From Balanoglossus misakiensis (taxonomy: Eukaryota > Animalia > Hemichordata): 64,000 bases of DNA. Of the stretch, positions 13,501 to 26,501 are shown piece by piece. The stretch spans positions 6,832,791-6,896,790 of the forward strand of contig CM082596.2 in the NCBI GenBank assembly GCA_040954595.2. Direction: 5' to 3'. The notes beneath the pieces are model-generated. The model was not told the DNA's origin. It made no database searches and worked only from the letters and a program-made list of their open reading frames with translations. Position 1 is the stretch's first letter; every line of letters starts with the position of its first letter. Made by a program: the position numbers and the translations under genes.

Positions 13501-14814
13501 GTGAGGTGTTCTGACTATACGCCAACTCGGAGAGATAAAATACGCACGTTTTTTTTTTTCAATTCCAATTTTTTCAGAATAAGAGAACGGGGAACCTTGC
13601 CTGCTCAGAGAAACCACGTACAGCGCGGGGTCTCGTCTGAAAATCGAATTACGTGCCAAAAGTACCGCTTTAGTGGAGGGGATGGGGGGGGGGGCTCGTC
13701 GGATATTTCTTGCCTTTTAATTTCAATGTCCTGGTTGTCATGGACAAAAAAATGACCCCCCATTTGGTCTCCCGCGTCTACCGAGGAAACCGTCCCGGGC
13801 TCGACACCCAAGCGGCGTCTGCGCGTCACAGAGAGAAGTCGCGCTTTGAAGGGCACCAAGAGGTCACCGCTCCCCCCGAAGAAGACTTACGACACCTGGG
13901 CGACGGAACACAAGTTAGACCGTCCGGCAGGACTGAAGACGGTTTTTTTTTGTCTCCCACGTTTCAACCAAGCAAAGCTCTCTCAGCCGTATACCCGAAG
14001 GAAATGAAACAAGCGCGTTTTTTTTTCAATTTCATTGACGGGATATTCACTTTTTTGCTTCAGAAAGTTACCAAGCCGTGCGACTTAACTTCCATTTCAA
14101 TTACCCCACACTTCTCTTATATAACTGTAAAAAATCAGCACTTTGGTCGGTCGGGGGAGATGGGAGGTTTAAACAGTGTGGCCTTGATTGCCGGCGATAT
14201 CTTTAGTGCGTACAATATAGTCATTTTATTGTTTATCAAATATTTAGAACCAGTAATATTCTGGTACGAACGTTGTTTGTCAACGTGTATGCTAACCGGC
14301 CCAGTGCACCGCACTCATGTCAATGATTAGCACACGACGGCATCTGACATCAAAAAATGTGTCGAAACTTCACGAGGGCTACAGCTCGAACAACGGTCGA
14401 GAATTTAAGAGCGTGGAGATGGGAGTTCCAGATAGCGTTTCTCTGGTGTCTATCAGCGTAGAAATCGCTGCACGGATTCGTGTAGGGCTTGCCTATAATA
14501 AAACTATAGGTACTTGCACTGGTTGTGTAGGGTCGGCCTTTGCCCGTTACCTGCGACGTGTGTGCTCGCAGACAACCGCTTCTCTGGGACAGCGACCAAC
14601 GCGCGCACCTCGCCCCTGAACTCACAGCACACACACACAGTCACCCTAACACACGGGCATACTCATATCACCAAAGTTGTCTCGTTAGAGACGGGCAGTC
14701 ACCAGGGTAGGGGGTAGTCGTTCAAACTGGGCACCAGGGGGTAGGGGAGGGAGCGGACTGAAGTGACCAATCGCATACAGGAGTTGACCGGACCACGGCC
14801 ATAAGAGTACCCAC

Positions 14815-15032
14815 CTCGCTTCAAGACGTTCTCCCTGAAGTTGTCGGCGGTCGTGCAGTTCCACCGCTCGTTGTGAAACTGAATCTGGCACTCCCGCTCG
14901 CTGAGTCGTATCGCGTCGTACAGCGTTTCGGGCATCCCCGAGTCCCGCCGACACATCTTCCGCTGCTTCTTCGACAGTCGCTTGCAGTCCCACTCCGAAT
15001 CGCCGTCCAAGTAGACATTTTTCCCGGTTAGC
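14815..15032 (-). CDS. Wnt9: Wnt9 exon 2
   Basis: (G)LTGKNVYLDGDSEWDCKRLSKKQRKMCRRDSGMPETLYDAIRLSERECQIQFHNERWNCT...VLKR(G). Acceptor (TC)n-gcag| phase 2, donor g|gtgggt phase 1, 218 nt. Confidence 0.94.
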
Positions 15033-15288
15033 CTGCGAGAGAGAGAGAGAGAGAGAAATATGACAATAATATTGACTCCTTGATGAATGGTCCCAGACTC
15101 GATCAAACTCACTCCATGCGCGAACATCCAAGTGGTGTGTCAGCTTTGCTCAAATAATATTAATAGTATACACACATACACATACAATACAAGTAACCAC
15201 TGGCCGGTCAACACGCATGGGGTGCCCCGGCCGTACGACGGGTCCAGCCGCGGACGCCCCCCCCCTCCCCTCCCGGACGATCACCTAC

Positions 15289-15365
15289 CCGAAATAAGAC
15301 TCACTCCTCTCTAGTGACACGGCTATGATTATTAGTCCGAATATCCCGATTTTCGACATCAGCAT
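15289..15365 (-). CDS. Wnt9: Wnt9 exon 1 (signal peptide)
   Basis: ATG at 15365-15363; MLMSKIGIFGLIIIAVSLERSESYF-GG|gtaggt. The phase-2 donor joins exon 2 to give SYFGLTG, the Wnt9 N-terminal YFGLTG motif. Hydrophobic signal core present; intron 1 is 256 nt. Confidence 0.9.
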
Positions 15366-15469
15366 TTCGTAGTTTCCTGCGTTTGCACGTCACCAGCGCA
15401 TGCCTGTGTTTCGGGCTTATTTGATCGGCTCGCTGATCCACTACAGCTTCACAGGCTGACATGGTACCG

Positions 15470-15520
15470 CTATATGGTTACAAGCTCGGCTCTGATTGGT
15501 CGGCACTCCACGGCCAATCG
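15470..15520 (-). promoter_or_regulatory. Putative Wnt9 proximal promoter (two CCAAT boxes, weak TATA-like element)
   Basis: tctgATTGGt at 15491-15500 and ggCCAATcg at 15512-15520. CATATAG on the minus strand at 15476-15470, about 105 nt upstream of the ATG. Confidence 0.45.
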
Positions 15521-18500
15521 TGTAGGGGGAATTCCTCGTCGCTGGCCAAAGTTATTGCGGCGAAATTAAATTACCTCTGAACCGCCAGCTCAGTGCTTCT
15601 CCCCCCTTACTCGCCAAGAGAGACGAGCGGTTCGACACCCTCGCCAACGACACCGAACTCTCAAGGGGGAAAACAGGGGGCGCGTTGGGCAGTCTGGCTG
15701 CGGTGCCGGGCTAAGTGGTCAAAGACGCCGATGGCATTCCACTACACTGGGTCTGAATGGGTTGCAGCCAAAGGAGGCCCTTCTAATTTTGGATCACTTT
15801 TGAAAATGCGATTATTGGGCGATCGTTCAAACTCAAGTGACGTGGAATTGTCTGAATGCTTCCTAGGGTATAAATATGGGTGTGAGTTACTTTAACAAGT
15901 GGGGCTAAACCCCTTAGTATCAGTTGGTGAAGCGACAGTGCCATACCTATGTCATGTTGTCCACGGGAAGAGGTATGTGTGACGGCAAAGAATCGTGGAG
16001 ATTGTATTACACCCGGCTTCGACTACTGACTCAGCGTCACCCACGATCAGCCGAGCGGCGCTTACACGGGGACAGATTTGATAAACCGAACCCTCTGAAT
16101 ATTTTTTTCTGGGCCTAGCCTATATTTACGTTTGACAAGCGCGTTGACGTACGCGTACACCGTGTGTGAAATCAGTAGCGGAGGATTCCAGCATTATGCA
16201 ACACGCACGTGAGAATTCTCATTTAGGACATTTTCGGTAAACGCCCTGCAAGTGCCAATAATTATTGGCCTTTTATCGTTTCCTTAGCAAAAATAACCAT
16301 TTCTACCGTTGCTGTAATCGGGAGGAAAGGTCACGTGACGATGTGCGCCCCAGACCAAAACAACGGTGTCGTTAGCGACGCTGCAATGCCCAGAATGTGC
16401 ACAGAGGTGAATGCACAGGTAAACGTGATCTGGCATCGCCGCGACCAAACAGACCGGGTTCTTCGGCGACGACACAGCGGTATCCCCTCAGACGGCCAAA
16501 AATTCGAGCTGGCCCGACGAAAACTGCGTGCCAGTCGGGCTCTCCGGGGAGTAGCGCATTAAACCATTAATCCCAGAGCGGAACTGGCTTTCAGAACATA
16601 ACACTGAGAAAGCGACCGACTCCGAAGATGACGACACGGGGAAAAGAGGCTCGACGGACCGGCGTTCGATTGCAGCATGTCTGACAAGACACACCGCTTC
16701 CCACCACCGTCTCAGACTGGTGCAAACACACCTCAAGTTATTAATAGCAACTCTTGGCGTTGAACAACAAAAACATAAACACAAACCACGACACAAGGGC
16801 CCGTCCCTGGGCACGGCGCCAAGTTACAAATTTAGCAAATCTATTCCCCGGATGTTGACTTTGCGGTGAAACGCACGTTTTACACCTCTATCATCGAAAC
16901 GGAGACTCCATCAAGTATAAATTAAACCGACCCGCGGTCCGCCTTCGAGTTCTTGGCCACCGGCCGGTTAAATTTAAACACAAAGAGAAAATATTATTTC
17001 TCTGTGTGATTTGAAAAGACAAAAACACGATATTTAAATCGTGGCAAAAGTCTGCTTAAGTTTCGTTAAGAAGTAGGCATAATCGAATGTTTAAATCGGT
17101 ATAATTGGCTACTCTCCTATGAACGATAGGTTTCGAAATCGGAAATTCCGCACTTATCACTGTATAGCGTTGGTATCCCCTTCCCCAGTTGGATACAAAA
17201 TGTTCTCTAAATAATGACTAACTTTATTTACGATTATATCCATCAACCAACCGATACCTGATGCCTAGAGCATCGCAGCGCTAAACAAAGATTCGCATCA
17301 ATACTTGCTACAATTTCACGAAAGGAAGTAGCTTCTGTGGGAACCGTTATTTTAAGGCAATATAATATCTCAGGATATTATAATGTCACGGGAACGAGTT
17401 TGGAATTTTAAAATCGATAAAAAAACGTTTTCTCCAATATTTGGCGAAAAGACAAGAAATTCAGAGCGAAATAATATGGCACACGTTCTTGCGTTGCACC
17501 GCACGAAAATGTGAGCTTTGCAAATTCGGCAAAAAAATAACCGTCCCTTATGTGTTTGTTAACATCGATGCAAACAAGATACGGCAGAAACACAGCAAGC
17601 GAAATCAACTCTACAAATATGAATGGACGCGAATGACTGATCGTTACCATGGAAACCCTTCCATTGACTGGCTGTCAGGCGGTATCCCACGCGGTGTGTG
17701 CGGGGTCTTCAGGAATATGAAACAGAATCAGGCGCGGGCTATCACCAGCGATTATCTACCGGAAAATAAGCGCGTGTCTCCTCTACAAACCGTATTTAAT
17801 AATATGGAAAACAGTACATGTAGGGGTCATTTCGCAATTGAGGAAGTCATTGCTCTAATTTATTGCGATGTTTCATTATTGCAATATTTCACTACTTGCG
17901 TGACACGGTCTTTGCTTAACCAACGTGTTGTTTATAGTGGCCGTATATTATATGCACTGATTCTAAAAAATGACAAATAACTCGCTGGGGATCGGAGGAC
18001 ACACGCTTGCCAGCGCTCAGTGAATCCCGTGTCCTCGTACACAGGGTCTCAGTGTCCTTGTCCGTCAACAGTTGCCGCCGGTCGCGGTGTATTGTAAAAT
18101 CGTTATCACCGCGGCAAATAAAAAAAACGGGCGGCGTCCTGCTGTTTGTCAGGTTATTTGACAGGCTCCTGCGGAATTCCAGTCGACTGTCCCTGCCATA
18201 TTACTTGCGGTGGTGATGACGGTTGCCGGGGGGGGGGTCGTGGTTCGCACGACGTGTTTTTCGTACTACAAGCTCGTGTGCGCAGGTAACCTGTTGACCA
18301 AATTTCCGCGCTGGAGTTCATGCAGTGGCTTGCTAGCCACCCTACCTAGCAATGAAGAACCCAGATAATGGCATATACTGATAACCGGGTGTATCAATAA
18401 AGGTTTCTGTGTAATCGGCTGAATTCGCTGATAAGCTGTGCACCCGTCGTCCAGTTACCAACAATGCCAATGCGAACCCCCATACTACATCTTGTGTACT

Positions 18501-19382
18501 TACATTTCTGGTCTTTTATTGATAACACGCCACAAAGGGGGTCTTTATCCAAAAATATCAATCAAGACAGCAGGACTAGTTTCAGCGAGCCCCTTGAAGC
18601 TGTTGGGAGAAAAACACTTGGTATAAGTTTACTTGTGTTTTATTTTGTGTAGTAAAGTAAAATACTTTTTTTGGTAAAAATAAAGAAATAATTCAGAAAT
18701 GTATGTATCCATCAATCCATCTATCTATCTATCCATCTGTCTGTCTGTCTGTCTATGTCTAACACTGACAATGGCATAGTTAGTTTGGTGGTTTTTGGTG
18801 AAGTTCTCCTCAATATGACATTGGAGTTCTTCACACCAATAAATCTTATTAACGATGTTAAGCCGTGTGCATAATGATAAAGTGTCTCGTGTATCCCGTA
18901 AGTGTGCTTGAAAGATTAGTGCAATGTCCATATATACACATTGTACCTGTCCATGTCCCGCTATTTATTTGTTTGTCGATATATCGGTTGACCTCAAATC
19001 ATAATAGTTGTGCACAAATGTCAAGGTCATGGATGACAATACAGCCATTGAAACTCATGGGCTGCCAACGTAAATATCATCAAACTCAGTACCCTGATTT
19101 CACCCCTAGAATCTGTGATGTTGGTCGTTGTGTGGCGTGGCACGGGATGGGCTTGGATGGGGTGGAGTGGGCAAGGTGTCGTTTTGCGTGCAGTTCAGTA
19201 GTTGACTGACATTTTTGGCACCGGTAAGAATCCTATCGATTGAATGATGGCACTGGTTTCTATAGGTAAAAAAACTCTCCGACGCGGAGTGGGAATCATC
19301 TCGACTATTTCTGTTACGACGACGATGCTGGGACGCCTTTCACTAGTGACGATTATACAGATAATGATAGTGAGGATGTGAT

Positions 19383-19399
19383 TATGGTGATGGTGGTGG

Positions 19400-19495
<96 letters not shown>

Positions 19496-19516
19496 CTATC
19501 GTGATGATGATGATGA
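19383..19516. repeat. Compound trinucleotide microsatellite (GGT/GAC/GAT)n
   Basis: Visible tandem array; source of the poly-His ORF 19195..19602. Confidence 0.97.
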
Positions 19517-21746
19517 AAAAGCAGCAGCGTTGACTTCAAGTGAGATGAAGTTTTTCGCGACAGACTGGCGGACAGGCCGGTACACAGATGGACTGGTCGC
19601 ACTGCTTTGCTTTGACCACCAAGCCAATTTTGTGCGAAAAGAACGCGCTACAGGCCGGAAGACTAAGAAAAGGCCAAAAATCAACTCTTGGCCAGGCACC
19701 ACGTCTAGTGGTCATATACTCTGCCTTCTTGGTGAGTTCTCAAGAGTCCTTACCCCCGCGCGAGTAAGGTCGTAGGTGTGAAGTTACAGGTCATGGTACG
19801 AACACACCAATAAAAATGAACAAAGTTGTAAAACGCGCCAAAATCGCCAGGCCCGTTCCGTCCTCGAGTAAAATTTATACTAGCAATATTCAAGTGGAAA
19901 TCTGAGGATGTGTAAATCTTTCTGTGTATGTATAATATGTCTGGCCATGCTGACTCAAGACATGTTCAAGTAGATGGCCATAAATACCGAACGCTAATGC
20001 GTGTAGTTTGGCGCATTAATCATTCGGTCGACAAGCTGGTGAGGATTATGAATATATGACATTCTGTTTTTTCCCCCTGATTATGTGTGATTTGGAGGTA
20101 AATTCATAACATAAAGCGTATTTTTGCGCGTTGATTTACAGGTTCGGGGCTATGAAGTTTGTTTTTATCGCAGAAGCGTTGCTCTCGGAAAATGTTGAAG
20201 GTGTCGTGAGTGGCGTTTTTACTCGGTGTATAAACCCGTGGATGTACATCGAGCGGGAGCATGATGTGACCGTGCAACGGGAGCTCCTCCGGGGCGACGC
20301 AACAGCTTGGTCCGGGGGGAATGGGGTTGGACGTTCGTTCCTTCAGACTGAGCAGACAGCCGGTCAAAGGCAGACATTCTGGTGACCGGCCGCACTCGAC
20401 TCACCCTTCAGAAATCATTGTGCGAGGGGGGGGGGGGGACATAATTCAAACGGGGCGACACCCGTTGTCGTCTGAATGAAATCTGGAGTGGGGTCTCGCC
20501 CACGGCACTCGAGGTAACCCCGACGTGTCGGAGGTCCTGTCAAAAAAAAACCTGTCCATTGCGATGTCAGCACACATATCCGGCAGAAACCACTTCGTCC
20601 GCTGTATATTTATCTTCCACTTTTGGGCATTCACGTGCCGCACTTAATTACCTGGGACACAATTTGATAAAATGGTCGAGGCCCACATATATATGTAATA
20701 GTTTTTGGTCGCACACAGGAGCTACTACTAGTATACTCAAAAAAAATTTCTTCACATCCTAAAAGACCAATTGGCACCTCCAGAGATCTTAGGCTACCCC
20801 CCCCCCCTTCCCTTATAGTATCCTGTAAAAGGCGGTTTTCCAAGAACTTGCGCCAGGGAGTTATCGTCAACCTATTGGAAATTGTTTGAATTAATACTAA
20901 CATCAAATACCATCGATTGGTCAAAGCCTTTCCGCTCTACTCTGCTAGAGATCGAAAATGACAAATATATTTTGTTTGTTCCCCCCTTTCTCTCTGCTCT
21001 CTCAGTGGGTGATTATTAAAACAACTTTACCGCAGCGGTGGACCGAAGTGAGCCAACACCTTAGGCCTAATTGTTTTCATTTACACAACACGGGAATTCA
21101 ATTAGTTGCGTGTCAAGTAGTGATACACACAGAACATTTGAAACAATTCGATACTATGAGAAACCATGAGATGTGGCTGACGACAGGCGTTCCTTGGCTG
21201 TCCTGAACCCCCCCCCCCCCCCAAGCAGCCTGCAGGCTACCTTTTGGCGCGACAAATTTTGGCTAACGACCAGTAGTCAGGCGATATGTGCACTGCAACG
21301 CTCCGATCTCCGTATCAAGCAAATAGGTCAATTCAGCGCCCAAAGATTAATGACGGGTACTGAGCTGGTGTTTTCAAAAACACATATTATCCATCATTTG
21401 ATAAACCCGACGCGAAGGATCCGTGTAATTTATTAATTTATAATTGCCCGTGTCCCAATCAATCAGGCAGCGATACAAGGGGCAAATTGGCGTGCGTCGG
21501 CAGATACGGTGGAACGTTGCGCGGTACAAGTGGCCAATTGGGAGTAGAGAATAATGCGAGGAGACGGTGTATGAACGGCGACGCGCGGCGATAACCTCTT
21601 GGCATATTGTTGTCGTCTGGTAGTCGCCGTTTGGACCCCCCCCCCCCCCCGCCTTCACCAAAGGCACTAGCACGGTAAACCTAGTGGAAGAGATTTATCA
21701 TCAGCGCCCGGGTCTTGATTTATAACGGCACTCATCTTGATTTTAA

Positions 21747-22140
21747 GGTAGATGACTATACCCAGATGTAGCGCGTGGTTATCACATTCCATAGCCTTAC
21801 ATGTAGAATGCTGAGAAAACAGTATTAGAATATTGTCATTTTCTTGAAATTTTCAAAAAAATGTCAAGAGTATTATTATATGGTATAAAGAAAACACTAT
21901 GTCACCGCGATTGCATTTTTATAGAGCTCTTCAGATATTTTCACCATAGGAAACTATTGCATTGGGAATGCGAGACTAAGTGCTGACTCAGCATTTCCCC
22001 AATACTTAAGAACGCCTAACTGAAAAGTAGCATGGGAACACCATGTTTTCTCTCCATATTTGTTTTCAGATTCATTGATAGACATAATATATAAAAATCA
22101 GGAAAACGACAATATTCTAACTTTTGGGTAGTCATCTACC
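21747..22140. mobile_element. Non-autonomous DNA transposon (MITE) with TTAA target-site duplication, Kolobok-like, 394 bp
   Basis: TTAA (21743-46) GGTAGATGACTA ... TAGTCATCTACC TTAA (22141-44). A second inverted pair: ttagaatattgtcattttcttga (21825-47) versus tcaggaaaacgacaatattctaa (22098-120). TTAA plus purine 5' termini fits Kolobok rather than piggyBac (5'-CC). Confidence 0.8.
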
Positions 22141-22587
22141 TTAAGGAACCCAATATACCGAACGGCCGGGGCACCGTTTCGCCAGCCCGGGATCAGCCGA
22201 ACCTCTCGAGCTTAATCCATTAATCACCGAACTGCGCGACCCCGGCCATCAATCTTCCCCTCTTTGTATTCGAGTGATTGACAGATGGACGAAGAATTTA
22301 TAATGCCACTCCGTCACGTGAGCCAGAATTGAATTTATGAGGAATGTTGGGCCGTGGGAATGACTAAACGATTGCCAACTACATGTACGTGTCGAACACG
22401 ACATGTTGATATAATACGTCATGTCTATCGTGGGTACAGCTTATACTGTAGTCAGTTGTAAAGAGGTGACTGTTCAATTAAGATACACCCAAGGTAAAAC
22501 AGAAGAACGTAGAATACTGCATGTGATCCATCAAGATACGACGTGTGATATGATATGATATATGACATGCATGACATAGTAGGCCTA

Positions 22588-22787
22588 TAGTGTAGTGTAG
22601 TGTAGTGAAGTGTAGTGTAGTGTAGTGTAGCGTAGCGTAGCATAGCATAGCATAGTATAGCATAGTATAGTATAGTATAGTATAGTATAGTATAGTATAG
22701 TATAGTATAGTATAGTATAGTATAGTATAGTATAGTATAGTATAGTATAGTATAGTATAGTATAGTATAGTATAGTATAGTATAGTA
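22588..22787. repeat. Pentanucleotide microsatellite (TAGTG/TAGCA/TAGTA)n
   Basis: Visible tandem array with a graded change of unit. Confidence 0.97.
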
Positions 22788-23572
22788 TATATAATAAAAT
22801 ATAAAAATAATATAATATAAAAATAATATAATGCAATTATTTGTGAAAGAAATATTAGTTAATGGTAGAAAGAGCACCTCAAGCGAAACTCGCAAAAACC
22901 GAAAAGGCTCATCAGCAATCTACATCACGTGTACACTTGTATCACACTGATACACGCAGACAACGTCCGCAATTGACGTCACGCTAAACTGTTGAATTGG
23001 ACTAATGTAGAACGCCAACTCAGATACAGCCGACAGAAGAAAAAAATCAATTTATTTCAAATGGGATTGAAATAAAAACAGGACGGCCGTTTCCGAGTAG
23101 TGAAATTTGGATTACGTCGGCGGCGTCATTTCAGAGGGGACTTTAATTGCCTTCCTGCAAATAAAAATAATCGCCGGTGGTTTTAATTTAATTCTCGCGA
23201 CGGCAACTGAGTAAAGGGGTAAAGTGATGTGAAGGACGCCAGCACTCGACAGGTGCGAAACTATGACGTAAAGGTGCGAACGTGATGTCTGCAACGTTAT
23301 CCCCATGAATATCAGGCGCCGCTGGGGCCATGCCTCATCTTTATTTCTCGCAGCCCTGTCTGGATCCCAGGGTTTCTTCGCGCGTTTGCATTTGCTCTGC
23401 AGCTGATCTTAGGTTAGTGGTCGCTCTTATTATTATCTCTCCGATTGAGGTGTTAATTTTAAAGAAATGAAAGAAAATCAGCGATAATCTGGTTCTCTGT
23501 TGATTTCAAAAGGAATGGTTTATAGGGTTTTTAGTTTATCGAAATATATTTTAACGATGACGACGGATGGAG

Positions 23573-23613
23573 ATGATGATGACGACGACGACGACGATGA
23601 TGATGATGATGAT
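23573..23613. repeat. (GAY)n microsatellite
   Basis: Visible gat/gac array. Confidence 0.9.
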
Positions 23614-24203
23614 GAGCCACAGATCAAGGGATTCACAGAGGGGCATTTGACACTTCAGGGGGTGGCGTTTTTCGCCGGCCGAGAGTTTCGTCGTCAGGAC
23701 AGCAGCGCCCGTTACGCCAGAAGGACAACACCCGCGCCTTCAGCAGCGCCACCGCGCAAAAAGAGAATCTTGTGAAGAATTGCTTTTTAATGCTTCTTTG
23801 ATAACCCTTTCTCCGCCAGAAGCTGGTCCGTTTTAGATAATCTACTGCCAGCGCCGCTCAACAAGTTGTTAATCGCTTTTTGATAGTGTGGAGTGGGGAA
23901 GTGCTCTCGATCAATCATTGGCGGCGACTGTCAGCTTGACAAATGGGCCCATTTCACTTTTTACATCGCGTTTGACGTGTACTTGCCAGAGTCGTTCGCG
24001 GGCCGGTAATGGCGGCGTGTTTGGTCAGTGACATTAAACGCCGGGCAAACGCAAGAATGGCCGCGGTCTGTTCAACACGATCCGAGCGTTTTTGTGCGTC
24101 TATGCCAAAATCGACAACAAAACAACCATGACAACATTTTGCTCTTCACGGCATCAGGAAAACAACTCAACAATGTAATCCGGGGTTATTCCCAAAGAGG
24201 GGA

Positions 24204-24256
24204 GTGTGTCACCCCCGGTATGTGCCGCCAGTGTGCCACCCCGGTATGTGCCGCCA
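24204..24256. repeat. Two-copy tandem duplication of a 26-27 bp unit
   Basis: gtgtgtcacccccggtatgtgccgcca followed by gtgtgccaccccggtatgtgccgcca. Confidence 0.9.
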
Positions 24257-26249
24257 GACAAGCTCTGATTGGCCTAAAACTGCCGACAACCCTCAGGTTC
24301 ATGAGGAGTAGAATTTGACCACCTGTGACAGGGGAATGTTTTTGGCCAAGTTTCTGAACGCCACTGACACTGGTTTCCGTCGCGGCGGGCAGGCTACACA
24401 CACCACGGCGGTCTATAAAATTTAACCCCGGGGGCAGTGAAGCGGAGCTCCGAGAAAACGTCCAATTCCCCCCCCCCCTCGTCCCCCCTTTATTCTCATC
24501 CCACTCACCTTTGCCACAGCCCCTCCCATTTTCTGATTCTTATATGGCCCCCTCATCCGTCACACCGGGCTTGCAGTAGGTAATTAACATCACATACCAT
24601 CACGCTCGCCGCAATCCAATTTGATGACTTCAAATGGGTAATCTGAACCACGTAAATCTATTGAGAAAAAGCCATTCAAAGAACGGATATTAGTCTTGAT
24701 GGTCAGAGAATGATACATCACAACAAGTCATCCCGTTGACAGGTCAAAGTGACTCAAACTGTCAATTGTCCCGCTTACATTTACAAGGGGAAAGTATATT
24801 AAAATGGTTGCGAGCCAAATGGCGTTGTCTGGGAAACGGGGGGACTCCGGGCTATCGGTCTCTTGGTGGCGCTCGTCCATGTTCCCATTCTCGATCACGC
24901 ACTGCACAATTTGTAACGGATCGAAATGGAGTACAGTGGAAGAAATCCGTGCGGAGATGTGATATCAAGCAGCGCCCTCAGTCATTGGAAATAACGGAAA
25001 GTAATTAACCGCCAGGGAAGATTTTATTAACCGCACAGCATCTGCCGATATTGTGTTCAAACTACGAAGAATGGTCACGTGTCTTGATATCGATGGTTCG
25101 GCTGGCAGCCTATTTCAAGAACTCATTTAAACATAATTAACACAATTATACCACGACCAGTTGAAATCTAGCCAGTGGTAGATTTTTCCGGGTGACCACG
25201 CGAAAAGGTGAGCCACCACGTGGTTATTCGAAAGCTGTTACATTTCCTTTTAACCATCGTACACGATCATTGCAATTTGGGGGTGATTGTATTCCTTTAA
25301 CGGTGGCATGTAAAAAAGTCAGTTTGAGAAATAAAATAGATTCCGGTTAAAAGGGAATTTCGCTGTATGACGTTGTATCTGAGAGAAAGCTCGTATAGTT
25401 TATACGAAGCACTAGCGTCACTCTGCGTCCCGACGTAATTGAAAATAACGACTTCGACGGTCGTTCTGGACATCAAGGTCTGCCTACGAATAAAACGGAG
25501 AACCTTTTGACTTGAGCGTTCATCTCCGAGCAAGTACTTGAATGGAGACAATTTCTTCCTGAATTGCAGTCTTTCCGGATATTTTGAAACCCCACGACTG
25601 TATTTCAATAAATTAACACAGTTCTGGCTGCTACGTATACGCCACACACACAAAAACTACCACTTGTGCCTGAAATGATTCCCACTTTCTGCGCACGCGT
25701 CGCTGACGTCAGACCTGCTCCTGAAAGTGCGTGTTTTTGTCGGTGTGAGAAATATCATAGGAGCTTTTAATATGCGTTTATATGCCAACTTCCGCCACCC
25801 AAGGTCTCTGTGCAAAATTGCATAAACACGAGTGAAGGACACGCCCGCCCCAAGGTCCTCTGACCCCGGTTATCTCAAAGTCATTAACGTTGCCGGCGGG
25901 CCACGAGCTCAAAGTAGCCGATCTCCCGGCGTCCTCACTCGTCGAGAAATAAAAAGCCCCCTGTGGCCACTACTAATAATTCATATAAGGCGCTGAAATG
26001 AAGGAAAGATGGAACCGGTTTATACACTACTCGGTTTTATTTTCATTACATATTAAACGACTAATTTTATAGACCCGCGCTGACCCGCAAACAGCTCGTC
26101 AGCAGTAACTTCAAAAAGATTATATTTTTCATTCCTAACCTGGGAATAATTCATGTGCTCATATAATATATTTCTTGACCATTTGTCCCATAATAAATAG
26201 TTCTCGAAACTACTGTTTACCGTTTTTCTTTAGCAAACGAAGCTCACCC

Positions 26250-26501
<252 letters not shown>

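Noticed and set aside
13710-14330. Longest non-Wnt ORF (206 aa), and the 179-aa ORF at 17441..17980
   Set aside because: Non-ATG starts, no recognisable motif, and none of the GC3-rich codon bias seen in the real exons
20390-20445. Phase-2 minus-strand donor (gaagg|gtgagt) as candidate Wnt9 exon 1; also the donor near 24508
   Set aside because: They encode MSPPPPRTMISEG and MGGAVAK with no signal peptide; the exon at 15289-15365 supplies YFG and a hydrophobic core
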